DNA of 64,000 bases from Shigella phage CM1, in sequence record MK962749; one strand, 5' to 3'. Every line of letters starts with the position of its first letter. The first letter of the stretch is position 1. A program made the position numbers and the translations under genes. Below, piece after piece: positions 9,020 through 17,514 of this stretch. The notes beneath the pieces are model-generated. The model did no database searches. It saw nothing but the letters and a program-made list of their open reading frames with translations, and had not been told where the DNA came from.

Positions 9020-10151
9020 AGAATATCCACTTATTGAGTCCATAGATTGTCTGGCTGATCTTCTTGAACCTGACGCTATAGTTTATTATGACTTCGATCA
9101 GGTTGCATATCAAGCTGCAGCAAGTTGTGAAAAAAGGACAATTGAGGTAACACACAAAGCCTCCGGACGTAAGAAGATGTTTAAAACACGAACAGAGTTC
9201 TGGGGGCGGCAGAAGAACACCGTTGGTGGTTGGTTAAAAGCTGAGAATACCAACCGTGAAGCTGCATGTAAAAAGGCTGGCAAGGAGTTTATTCCGTGGA
9301 CACGAGAAGATTTCGATGTCTTGGATATCCAAACCCCTGATCCTGTAGAGAACTGCTTGCACACAATTAAGTGTAAAGCTAATGCAGTCCTTAACTATCT
9401 CGGTATTCCGGAAGATCGGTGCGTGGGGGTACTTGGAGGCACAGGTAATTTCAGACTAGATCTTCCCATGCCGGAAAGATATAAAGCCAACCGTAACAAT
9501 ACTCTTCGACCACTGCTGCTTGGAGATGCAAGACAGTATCTCCAAAAGCAGTATAATGCTCAAGTGATCAACGGTATCGAGGCTGACGACTGGTTAGCTA
9601 TCCAGCAATTTGAAGGTTGGAACCACTACCAAAAAACAGGTAAGTTCAACAAGTTTATTATCTCTATTGATAAGGACCAAAGAACACTGCCGGGGCTTGT
9701 GTTCGATCCCATGCGAAACGATAAGGGAGATTTTGTAAGGGAAACCCCTATGCTGATCGATAACGGTATGGGGAACATCTTCATGAAGCCTAATGGAGAG
9801 GTTGGTGGTTACGGAATGCTGTTCTTCGGATACCAAATGCTGTGTGGTGACTCTGCCGACAATATCAAGCCGTATCAAGGACTTATCGGTAAGGGTAAGT
9901 TCGGGGATGCCTCAGCATTCTACCTACTGTCTCAGTGCAGCACTCCAAAGGAGATGTGGGTGGCTATTATTGATCAGTACAAGAAGTGGTTCCCGAAAGG
10001 TGTTGTTAAGTATACTGACTTCAATGGTGTTGATCGTAGAATTTCCGTAGGTCAATGGATGAGTATAATTTTTGACTGTTTGTATATGAAGCGAACATTC
10101 AATGATCAAACAAAACTTGTTAACGTTCTTAGAAATGTTGGAGCAATTTGA
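9012..10151 (+). CDS. 5'-3' exonuclease / flap endonuclease (T4 RNase H-like)
   Basis: N-terminal acidic YYDFDQVAYQ, GIEADDWLA, GDSADNIKP (GDxxDN) match FEN/T4 rnh signatures. Confidence 0.65.
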   Translation: MSREYPLIESIDCLADLLEPDAIVYYDFDQVAYQAAASCEKRTIEVTHKASGRKKMFKTRTEFWGRQKNTVGGWLKAENTNREAACKKAGKEFIPWTREDFDVLDIQTPDPVENCLHTIKCKANAVLNYLGIPEDRCVGVLGGTGNFRLDLPMPERYKANRNNTLRPLLLGDARQYLQKQYNAQVINGIEADDWLAIQQFEGWNHYQKTGKFNKFIISIDKDQRTLPGLVFDPMRNDKGDFVRETPMLIDNGMGNIFMKPNGEVGGYGMLFFGYQMLCGDSADNIKPYQGLIGKGKFGDASAFYLLSQCSTPKEMWVAIIDQYKKWFPKGVVKYTDFNGVDRRISVGQWMSIIFDCLYMKRTFNDQTKLVNVLRNVGAI

Positions 10152-10483
10152 TGACTAAAAATTCTGTAGATAGTGCAATTATGGAAGCTGTTTTTGAGGA
10201 TGATCATACAACAGGGACACTTAAAACAAAAAATACATTCGTTGTTGCCACAGGTATGTGGCGGTTGTATGAAGATGACACCATTTCATACATCCTGTAC
10301 ACTGATGATTACGCAGATGACCGTGTATGGTCTGCTGTTTTAAAAGAGGATTGTGAACTGATTGAGGGCGAGCGGTTATGCATGTTCACCAGTGTGGAAA
10401 CAGATGTTAAGCTTTGCTCTCTCGTCTTGTTCAAAGATAAGGCTTATGCTCCTGATGAAGGAGAGGAGGATGAGGAAGTATGA
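10148..10483 (+). CDS. hypothetical protein, acidic C-terminus
   Basis: 111-aa ORF ending EGEEDEEV. Confidence 0.4.
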   Translation: MMTKNSVDSAIMEAVFEDDHTTGTLKTKNTFVVATGMWRLYEDDTISYILYTDDYADDRVWSAVLKEDCELIEGERLCMFTSVETDVKLCSLVLFKDKAYAPDEGEEDEEV

Positions 10484-11109
10484 GAGAGCGTCTATTATCC
10501 ATAGACCAGTCGTTGACACACACAGCTTGCGTTGTATGGGACGATGGAAAGCCTGTTCATAAGGTTGTGTTACGAACTCAAAGCTCATCTGCAAAAGAGA
10601 AGAAACCAGGGACGGTTTCTTTTGCAACAGCTGCTGAGCGTATTGACTGGATCTGCAAACAGGTCAGATATTATATCCACACGCACGGAGTTGACACCGT
10701 GGTTATGGAAGGACTTTCCTTCGGATCTCGCGGGGATGCCACACGTGAACTGGCTGGGTTGTTTTACGGTCTCGAGGTTATGCTTTGGGATGCTTTAGCT
10801 GATTGTGAAAATGACGGCCTGTTTAAGGTTCACACAGTGACACCAACAACTGCCAAAAAGTTTGCTCGTAGTCATCTTCCTGAAGAACTTGCTTTTGAGG
10901 AGAAGAAAAAGCTTGACAAAAAGACAGGTAAAGAGCATACTGTGAAGAAACCTGTTACGATGGATAAAAAGTTGATGGTTAAGGCCTGCGAAGTATCTGA
11001 ACCAGGGTTCCTAGATGGGATCAATTTGGTACAAGGTAAGGCCGATCTCGCAGATGCTTATTGGATAGGCAGGGCGCATCTGGAGGGGTTATCGCAAAGC
11101 GTAAAATAA
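10480..11109 (+). CDS. RuvC-like Holliday junction resolvase
   Basis: LSIDQSLTHTACVVWD, VVMEGLSFG, LADAYWIG resemble RuvC/YqgF catalytic segments. Confidence 0.5.
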   Translation: MRERLLSIDQSLTHTACVVWDDGKPVHKVVLRTQSSSAKEKKPGTVSFATAAERIDWICKQVRYYIHTHGVDTVVMEGLSFGSRGDATRELAGLFYGLEVMLWDALADCENDGLFKVHTVTPTTAKKFARSHLPEELAFEEKKKLDKKTGKEHTVKKPVTMDKKLMVKACEVSEPGFLDGINLVQGKADLADAYWIGRAHLEGLSQSVK

Positions 11110-11666
11110 GAAAGAAAGCTGTCAAAGCCCCCGTTCATAGCGGGTGGCTAAAAGATTCTAAGGACATAGCCAACTTTCGAAAAGAATTGTCAGAGGAGCA
11201 GGATGGTCTTGATCCGATCTTGTGCGAGCCACTTCGTAAGCCTTGTTTAGATCATGATCATCTGACTGGTCGTTGCAGGGGTGTTTTGTCTCAGTGCACT
11301 AATACCTTTGAGGGGTATGTGCTTAAATACTGGATGAAATACTGTAACGAGTATACAGATTGCAGTTTATCAGAGGCGTTGCGCCGGATGGCTGACTATC
11401 TGGAGAAAGACTACAGCGACTTCCCGCTCCACAAAAACTACAGAGATGATATGACAAAGTTCTTGAGGAGATGCTCTAAAGCTACGATTATTGCACGAGC
11501 AGAATCAGATCTCAATCTTGTCATTAATCCAGAGTGCACCAAGCATGAGGCTATTGAGTCCTACATGCAGGAGTTTATAAAGAAAACTGAGGAGAGAGAT
11601 TTCTATGGGGATGAAAAAGGTATTCAATCCTTGCGACTCAGTCCTGATCAGGATGAAATACCGTAA
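11061..11666 (+). CDS. endonuclease VII-like resolvase (true start uncertain)
   Basis: CLDHDHLTGRCRGVLSQCTN matches the T4 endo VII LDHDH..G..RG.LC..CN motif; overlaps upstream gene by 49 nt. Confidence 0.7.
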   Translation: MDRQGASGGVIAKRKIRKKAVKAPVHSGWLKDSKDIANFRKELSEEQDGLDPILCEPLRKPCLDHDHLTGRCRGVLSQCTNTFEGYVLKYWMKYCNEYTDCSLSEALRRMADYLEKDYSDFPLHKNYRDDMTKFLRRCSKATIIARAESDLNLVINPECTKHEAIESYMQEFIKKTEERDFYGDEKGIQSLRLSPDQDEIP

Positions 11667-11826
11667 CTGGAAAGGTGTTGTTGCAGATCGCTGCGTTACT
11701 GAGCCTAATTTATGGTTTGGCTCTACAGAGTATCATAAAGAAGAGCAGTGGTTGATGCATGCCTTTGATGTAGACAAGGGCGAATATCGTGACTTCGCTT
11801 TAAAAGACATTCTTCAGTTTTACTAA
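11605..11826 (+). CDS. hypothetical protein
   Basis: 73-aa ORF overlapping the 3' end of the endo VII gene. Confidence 0.3.
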   Translation: MGMKKVFNPCDSVLIRMKYRNWKGVVADRCVTEPNLWFGSTEYHKEEQWLMHAFDVDKGEYRDFALKDILQFY

Positions 11827-11832
11827 GGAATT

Positions 11833-12822
11833 TTGACGATGATGACAAAGTTAACTCTTGAGCAAATTTTAACACTAAAGCAGCAGGGATACACTAATAG
11901 ACAAATTGCTCGTGAATTTTTAGGCCGTGAGTCACGTGAGAGTTGGATCCGACTACAGCTTAAACGTGCACAAGAGAATATGTCAGAGATTGTAGGAGAA
12001 GCAACGGAGCGCTTCCTTGAAGAACACAAAGGAGCTAAAGTTTGGGTGTATGATACAGAAACATCACCAACAAACGGCTGGTTCTTTGGGCACTATAAGA
12101 CCAACATTCAAACCTGCGGTATTGAAATTATGCCCTATATGCTAACTTTCGCAGGTAAGTGGTTAGACAGTCCTAGTGTGGTTGACTGCGCTCTTCCCGA
12201 TTACAAAATGTGGGATGAGGATATTCACAATGACCTCGAATTGATTCAGGACTTGTGGTATTATCTGGATAAATGTGATGTCGCAGTAGCCCACAATTCA
12301 GGTTTTGACTGTGGGTGGGCAAACCAACGATTTGCATTTCACGGGTTGCCTCCAACAAGCCCATACAAAGAGGTTGACACCCTTAAAATGATCAAGAAGG
12401 CATTCCGTTTGAATGCAAACACTTTGGAGTATGCATGCAAATACTTCCAACTTGCCCGACAGAAACTGATTGACCACACATTTGAAATGTGGATCAAGTG
12501 TGTTCATGGTGATCTTGAGGCGTTTAAACAGATGCGGGAGTACAATGTTGGTGATATCCTATCTCTGGGAGGCCTGTATTTGCTGGCACGCCCGTTTGCT
12601 AAGCAGCACCCCAACATGTCATTGTACTACCAGGATGAGGAGCCAAAAGTTCGTTGCCCACGCTGTGGTGGAGAACACCTTCACGAGGAAGAAGCTTTGG
12701 CGTATACTCAACTGAGTGCATTTAAAACATATCGCTGCGAAGGTTGTGGATCTGTTGTTCGTGACCGTAACAACATCCGTAGCAGAGAAGAAATGAAAAA
12801 CACCCTGATTCAGATAATCTAA
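11833..12822 (+). CDS. DnaQ-like 3'-5' exonuclease with N-terminal HTH and C-terminal zinc ribbon
   Basis: HTH YTNRQIAREF; Exo I VWVYDTETS, Exo II AHNSGFDCGW, Exo III YNVGDIL; C-terminal CPRCG...CEGCG. Confidence 0.6.
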   Translation: MTMMTKLTLEQILTLKQQGYTNRQIAREFLGRESRESWIRLQLKRAQENMSEIVGEATERFLEEHKGAKVWVYDTETSPTNGWFFGHYKTNIQTCGIEIMPYMLTFAGKWLDSPSVVDCALPDYKMWDEDIHNDLELIQDLWYYLDKCDVAVAHNSGFDCGWANQRFAFHGLPPTSPYKEVDTLKMIKKAFRLNANTLEYACKYFQLARQKLIDHTFEMWIKCVHGDLEAFKQMREYNVGDILSLGGLYLLARPFAKQHPNMSLYYQDEEPKVRCPRCGGEHLHEEEALAYTQLSAFKTYRCEGCGSVVRDRNNIRSREEMKNTLIQII

Positions 12823-12838
12823 TCAAGTATAGGGAGGC

Positions 12839-13687
12839 TTGCGCCTCCCTTTTCCTTTTGGAGGCACTTTGAGCAAGAAAGAGTCCAACGACAAATATTA
12901 CACAAACCCTGAGTATGCAGAATATCTTGTTGGTAAAGTAAAAGATAAGTATGGAAATTGTGCATACGTTGAGCCTTCTGCTGGAAGGGGTTCTTTTTCA
13001 AAACTATTTTCAGAGATACTGTCTTACGATCTGGTACCAGATCCTGAATTTGAAGGACCAACACCGTGCATTCAGGCAAACTTCTTGGAGGTGCATCCCA
13101 AGGCAGATGTCTTCATAGGTAACCCACCATTTGGCAAGAATTCATCTTTAGCTTGCAAATTCTTTAACCATTGTGCATCATTGCTAGAGCTTGGAGGGGC
13201 TATAGCCTTCATCTTGCCACGGACATTTGAAAAAATATTTTTTGCAAACAAACTGGACATGTCTATGCACCTTGTCTACAGTGAAAGGTGCCCTAAGAAC
13301 TCGTTTCTACTTAATGGCAAACCTTATGACGTGCCGTGTGTTTTCCAAATTTGGGAGAAAAAGGCGTGCAACAGGGATCCTGTAGAGATTGGAGAGAATA
13401 AGTTATTTTCTTTTAGCACCCCAGATGACTACGACTTCTGTGTAAGACGTGTTGGGTATAATGCTGGAAAAATATTGGAGGATGATGATCCAAAATCTGA
13501 AGAATCGACATATTTCATAAAATCTTTAGTTGACGGTGTTGACAGAGTGTTTGCTGAATGCTATTCTTCTTTTCAAGAAGAAGCAGGTAAGACTGCTGGA
13601 ATGAAGAGTATAGGTAAGAAAGAACTACAATACATTTTGGAGACTAGATATGATCAAAAGCATAGACTTGACCAAAGAACTTACTGA
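12839..13687 (+). CDS. DNA methyltransferase (N6-adenine or N4-cytosine class)
   Basis: SAM motif EPSAGRGSF; catalytic IGNPPFG. Confidence 0.6.
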   Translation: MRLPFPFGGTLSKKESNDKYYTNPEYAEYLVGKVKDKYGNCAYVEPSAGRGSFSKLFSEILSYDLVPDPEFEGPTPCIQANFLEVHPKADVFIGNPPFGKNSSLACKFFNHCASLLELGGAIAFILPRTFEKIFFANKLDMSMHLVYSERCPKNSFLLNGKPYDVPCVFQIWEKKACNRDPVEIGENKLFSFSTPDDYDFCVRRVGYNAGKILEDDDPKSEESTYFIKSLVDGVDRVFAECYSSFQEEAGKTAGMKSIGKKELQYILETRYDQKHRLDQRTY

Positions 13688-14108
13688 TGCAAAAGCTTTT
13701 GGTGAGACAGCGGTACAAAGGGGGCAGGCGATGGGGCTGGCACTACCTTTTGTCTTAAAAGAGCACTTTACAGATTTTCAACTCATCAAGGGTGATAAGG
13801 GAATGCTTATCCTGGAGCATAAGTTGAGTAAGAAACGCTATAAAGTTGTTTTTAATTCTAAAGCTCCAACAAAACTGGGATTCAGAACTTACAATCTTAA
13901 CCCATCCTACACTAAGGGTGTTGGAAGGGTAGAGCAACAGCATTTCAGTGCCAGAGCTTCTTTAGCCCCTTTGATGCTAAATTTCTCAGGGGTGGCTTTA
14001 GGATACCTTGATAAGAAAAGAGTTCTTCATGTCCGTTTCACAGACTTTGTAACGCTTCTAGCCAACAACGAGGTTGATGAAAAGGGACGTGTAAAAACAA
14101 ACTTCTAA
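13650..14108 (+). CDS. hypothetical protein
   Basis: 152-aa ORF. Confidence 0.4.
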   Translation: MIKSIDLTKELTDAKAFGETAVQRGQAMGLALPFVLKEHFTDFQLIKGDKGMLILEHKLSKKRYKVVFNSKAPTKLGFRTYNLNPSYTKGVGRVEQQHFSARASLAPLMLNFSGVALGYLDKKRVLHVRFTDFVTLLANNEVDEKGRVKTNF

Positions 14109-14123
14109 TAACGCATAGTATGA

Positions 14124-14327
14124 TTGGAGACCACAATGACACTAAAGTTAACAATTCCAGACAGCTTTTCAGAAAACTTTATCCCAGAAATGATGGGTAA
14201 GATGCGATCATTGCTTGATCAGATTGAGGAAGCTGTTTGGGAAGACGATGCTGTAGTGGCTAACGAGCTGGTAGATAAGTGTAAAAGTATTATTGATGCA
14301 GTTGAAGAATACCACGGAGGTTTTTGA
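14124..14327 (+). CDS. hypothetical protein
   Basis: 67-aa acidic ORF with RBS. Confidence 0.4.
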   Translation: METTMTLKLTIPDSFSENFIPEMMGKMRSLLDQIEEAVWEDDAVVANELVDKCKSIIDAVEEYHGGF

Positions 14328-14941
14328 TGGATATTATTGCTCTTAACGCCCCACCTAGCAGTGGTAAGGATCACATTGCAGATCTCTTGTTGGAAGCTAT
14401 TCCTAACTCACACCACCGTGAGGTTAAGGAGATGCTCTTCAGTGTGGCAATTAAGGCAGCTGGTGTAACTCCTCAACTCTGGAATGCACTTTATGACCGC
14501 CACTACAAAGAAGAGCCTTGCCCTTTCTTAATGATAGACGGCAAGCATGTTTCTCCGCGAGAATGGATGATCCATTGTAGTGAAAATCTGATTAAACCTA
14601 TCTTTGGTGAAGATGCTTTCGGTAAAGCCGCAGTCGCATCTTTGAAGAAAGATTTCCCTGAAGGTAAAGGGGCTGTTGTTTACTCCGATGGTGGATTCAA
14701 AGAGGAGCTGGCATGCCTTAGCGAGTACGCATACAGCACAGGTGGAGATCTGTTGTTGTTCCGTATTCACCGTGTCGGATATGACTGGGGAAATGATTCC
14801 AGAACCTACCTAAGTCTGGAAAAGAACGGAATAAAAGGGGTTGAGTTTGATGTTGTAAACCCTGAAGGTGCACCTTGGGAATGTGCATCGGAGATTGTGT
14901 GCAAGTATATTGATGCTAAAGAGGCCCAAGAAGAATGTTAA
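14324..14941 (+). CDS. deoxynucleoside monophosphate kinase-like P-loop protein
   Basis: N-terminal P-loop ALNAPPSSGKD; size like T4 gp1-type dNMP kinases. Confidence 0.5.
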   Translation: MMDIIALNAPPSSGKDHIADLLLEAIPNSHHREVKEMLFSVAIKAAGVTPQLWNALYDRHYKEEPCPFLMIDGKHVSPREWMIHCSENLIKPIFGEDAFGKAAVASLKKDFPEGKGAVVYSDGGFKEELACLSEYAYSTGGDLLLFRIHRVGYDWGNDSRTYLSLEKNGIKGVEFDVVNPEGAPWECASEIVCKYIDAKEAQEEC

Positions 14942-15528
14942 TCGGTATTGATGTAGATTTGACACTGGTAGATTCAGGAACAGCATGGTGGGAGTGGTTG
15001 GAGCGTTTATATGGTCCAGCCAGTAAGACAGTCACTAAACCTTCTAATGGGTTAATGTATTACGATCTGTCAAAGTATTGGCCTGATCGCCCCAAAGAAA
15101 ACATCATAGGGCCTTTTGATTTCTGGAGTGACCCGTTCCTCTACGACTTTCTTAAGCCTGAAGAGGGGGCTATTGAGGTTATGAAAGATTTGGTGGCTCG
15201 TGGTCACAAGCTTGCATTTATCTCGGTATGCAAGAAAGGTCACCTTGCATCTAAATCAAGGTTCTTAAAGCGTTGGACTAGTGATTTTATGGATCTGGAC
15301 GATCACACCCAGGGTCACGGCTTCTACGCCACGCATTTCAAGGGAAATGTGGCTGTAGATGTTATAATTGACGACAGGCATGAATACCTGAACCAATTCG
15401 CTTCACGCCCTGAAGTTATTAAAATCCTAAAAGATACGCCTTATGAGCAATTTGAGGAGTTAAAGGTCAGTGTTGACTATACCGCTAATAGCTGGTATAA
15501 AATAGGAAAGTTTTTAGAAGGTATTTGA
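14935..15528 (+). CDS. HAD-superfamily 5'(3')-deoxyribonucleotidase-like protein
   Basis: N-terminal HAD motif IGIDVDLTLVDS (DxDxT). Confidence 0.5.
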   Translation: MLIGIDVDLTLVDSGTAWWEWLERLYGPASKTVTKPSNGLMYYDLSKYWPDRPKENIIGPFDFWSDPFLYDFLKPEEGAIEVMKDLVARGHKLAFISVCKKGHLASKSRFLKRWTSDFMDLDDHTQGHGFYATHFKGNVAVDVIIDDRHEYLNQFASRPEVIKILKDTPYEQFEELKVSVDYTANSWYKIGKFLEGI

Positions 15529-15529
15529 A

Positions 15530-15730
15530 ATGGGCAGATGTTCTAAAGGTGGCGATCCTGTAGTCAGATACGGTGACTGGCTAGAGGTGTATGATCTGGG
15601 AGGTAAGCTGGTGTATGCCTCCAGGATCACCCAAGACATGTGCTCCGATATGTTCAACAGATACCTTGCATTTAAGGCCAACATAAACCCAGACGAAATT
15701 TCCAAAATTAAAACAAGGAGAGCAAAATAA
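15530..15730 (+). CDS. hypothetical protein
   Basis: 66-aa ORF coupled to thyX. Confidence 0.4.
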   Translation: MGRCSKGGDPVVRYGDWLEVYDLGGKLVYASRITQDMCSDMFNRYLAFKANINPDEISKIKTRRAK

Positions 15731-16713
15731 TGCTAAAACTGTGCACTGCAAAGATCATTGCTGACAGCATTTCCGAGAAAGGTAAGCGCATCACCACTTT
15801 TGAGCTAGAGTATCCTCGAATTATTCACTCAGAGCTTATGACGCACCGAGTGTTCAGCCGAAACGCCATGTCTTCCCGTGCAGTGCCTGTCGGAAAGATG
15901 CTGCAACAGATTGTGGAGAATCCGGCAATGCCAGTTCGCTTCGGTGTAAATAAGCGAGGAATGGAAGATGGTGGGGAACACGATCAAAAGATCCGTGTAG
16001 AGTACACTGATATGGGGCTAACTCCGGAAGAGTTTTGGAAAGAAGCTGCAAAAAACGCCGCTTGGCATGCAGAGAAGTTTGCCCTTGCTGGTTACCATAA
16101 GCAAGTATGTAACCGCTTAGTGGAGCCTTTTCAGCGCATGAAAACAGTTGTAACAAGCACCGAGTGGAATAATTTTTTCCACCTCCGTTGCTGGCACGAT
16201 GCGGATCCTACGATTCAGATGTTAGCTAATTGTATGTGGGAGGCTCTTGTGAATAGCACTCCTGAAATCCTTAAACCGGGTCAATGGCACACTCCATATG
16301 TAGAGCACGTTTATTTGGACGGGGAGTTTAACTACGCTGTACGTGACACAGAAGGAAAGCTCTGCATTCTCGATACTAAAGAAGCTCTGTCTATCAGTGC
16401 TAGTTGCTGTGCACAAGTATCTTATCGAAATATTGACAGCACGTTTGAAAAGGCAGACAGTGTGGCTAAAAAATTGATTGGTGGGGATCGTATTCATGCA
16501 AGCCCTTACGAGCACCAGGCAACACCTATGGATCACGATAACGCAATGGAACGTTTAAACTACTACCTGTCTTCATGTGAAATCACACAAGACATCAGTA
16601 CTTGGCAGGAAGGTGTAACCCATCAAGACCGTGATGGTAAATTCTGGTCTGCCAACTTTTGTGGGTGGGTTCAGCACAGACAACTGCTTAATAACCACTT
16701 CGTGAAAGGTTAA
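15730..16713 (+). CDS. thyX: flavin-dependent thymidylate synthase (ThyX-like)
   Basis: THRVFSRNAMSSRA fits the ThyX RHRxxSxxxxSxR signature. Confidence 0.6.
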   Translation: MLKLCTAKIIADSISEKGKRITTFELEYPRIIHSELMTHRVFSRNAMSSRAVPVGKMLQQIVENPAMPVRFGVNKRGMEDGGEHDQKIRVEYTDMGLTPEEFWKEAAKNAAWHAEKFALAGYHKQVCNRLVEPFQRMKTVVTSTEWNNFFHLRCWHDADPTIQMLANCMWEALVNSTPEILKPGQWHTPYVEHVYLDGEFNYAVRDTEGKLCILDTKEALSISASCCAQVSYRNIDSTFEKADSVAKKLIGGDRIHASPYEHQATPMDHDNAMERLNYYLSSCEITQDISTWQEGVTHQDRDGKFWSANFCGWVQHRQLLNNHFVKG

Positions 16714-16742
16714 TCCTATCACAGCGATAGGTAACTTTTGTG

Positions 16743-16771
16743 TTGACTAATAGTATTAGATAATCTATAAT
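16743..16771 (+). promoter_or_regulatory. sigma70-like promoter
   Basis: TTGACT, 17 bp, TATAAT just upstream of ATG 16773; approximate. Confidence 0.55.
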
Positions 16772-16772
16772 A

Positions 16773-17294
16773 ATGGCTCACTTTGTTAGTGAGCCAGAAA
16801 TGGAGACAGATATGAGTAATGTTATGATTCCTAAAAAGACATTTATTTCAGTTACTTTGGATTTCCTATCTACCGTTCCCGGGTTTAACGTTCGCACACG
16901 AAACGGTCTCCGAGCTGCACTCTTTGCCGTAGGGTTTGATTTAAAAAGTATTGATGTTCTTCGTGGAAAAAACGTTCGATGCAAAAATAAGCCAACACAT
17001 TATCGAAAGGCAGATGTATTTGCTGGTGTCATGCGTGCAGACTTTAGATACCCGCAAATGTATAACGGTGTAGATATTTTAGATGTAGATAAAGCACCCG
17101 GTGAGGCAATGCTTGTTCAAGATCTTCCGTATGATATCCCTGTAGAGGATCGTGTTAATGTAAGAAAGTATACAAAACAATCTGAAAAGGCTGAAGATAT
17201 TCATATTGTTGATGAACCTTTCAATTTTGAAGATCTGCATCGCCTGGAAAAATTATTCGGTATTGAAAGCCAAGGTGGTGAAGATGAGTCATAA
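16773..17294 (+). CDS. hypothetical protein
   Basis: 173-aa ORF downstream of consensus promoter. Confidence 0.45.
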   Translation: MAHFVSEPEMETDMSNVMIPKKTFISVTLDFLSTVPGFNVRTRNGLRAALFAVGFDLKSIDVLRGKNVRCKNKPTHYRKADVFAGVMRADFRYPQMYNGVDILDVDKAPGEAMLVQDLPYDIPVEDRVNVRKYTKQSEKAEDIHIVDEPFNFEDLHRLEKLFGIESQGGEDES

Positions 17295-17514
17295 CTCCAA
17301 GTGGAAGGATCTTGGTTTTGCAAGTCGGGCAGAGTATGTTGGTTGGCTTTGGTTCAACGGCCTGACAAACGATATTAAAATGTATGATGATGTTTATTAT
17401 GACGAGTATACAGGTAAAATTATAAATATCTCTGTAGAAGAGGATACCTTTATCCAGCAAGATACTGATACCTGCCTTGATAAATACGTTAATGAAGTGG
17501 AGGAAGCAAATTGA
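17284..17514 (+). CDS. hypothetical protein
   Basis: ORF 17206-17514; start at MSHNSKW with GGTGGTGA RBS. Confidence 0.4.
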   Translation: MSHNSKWKDLGFASRAEYVGWLWFNGLTNDIKMYDDVYYDEYTGKIINISVEEDTFIQQDTDTCLDKYVNEVEEAN

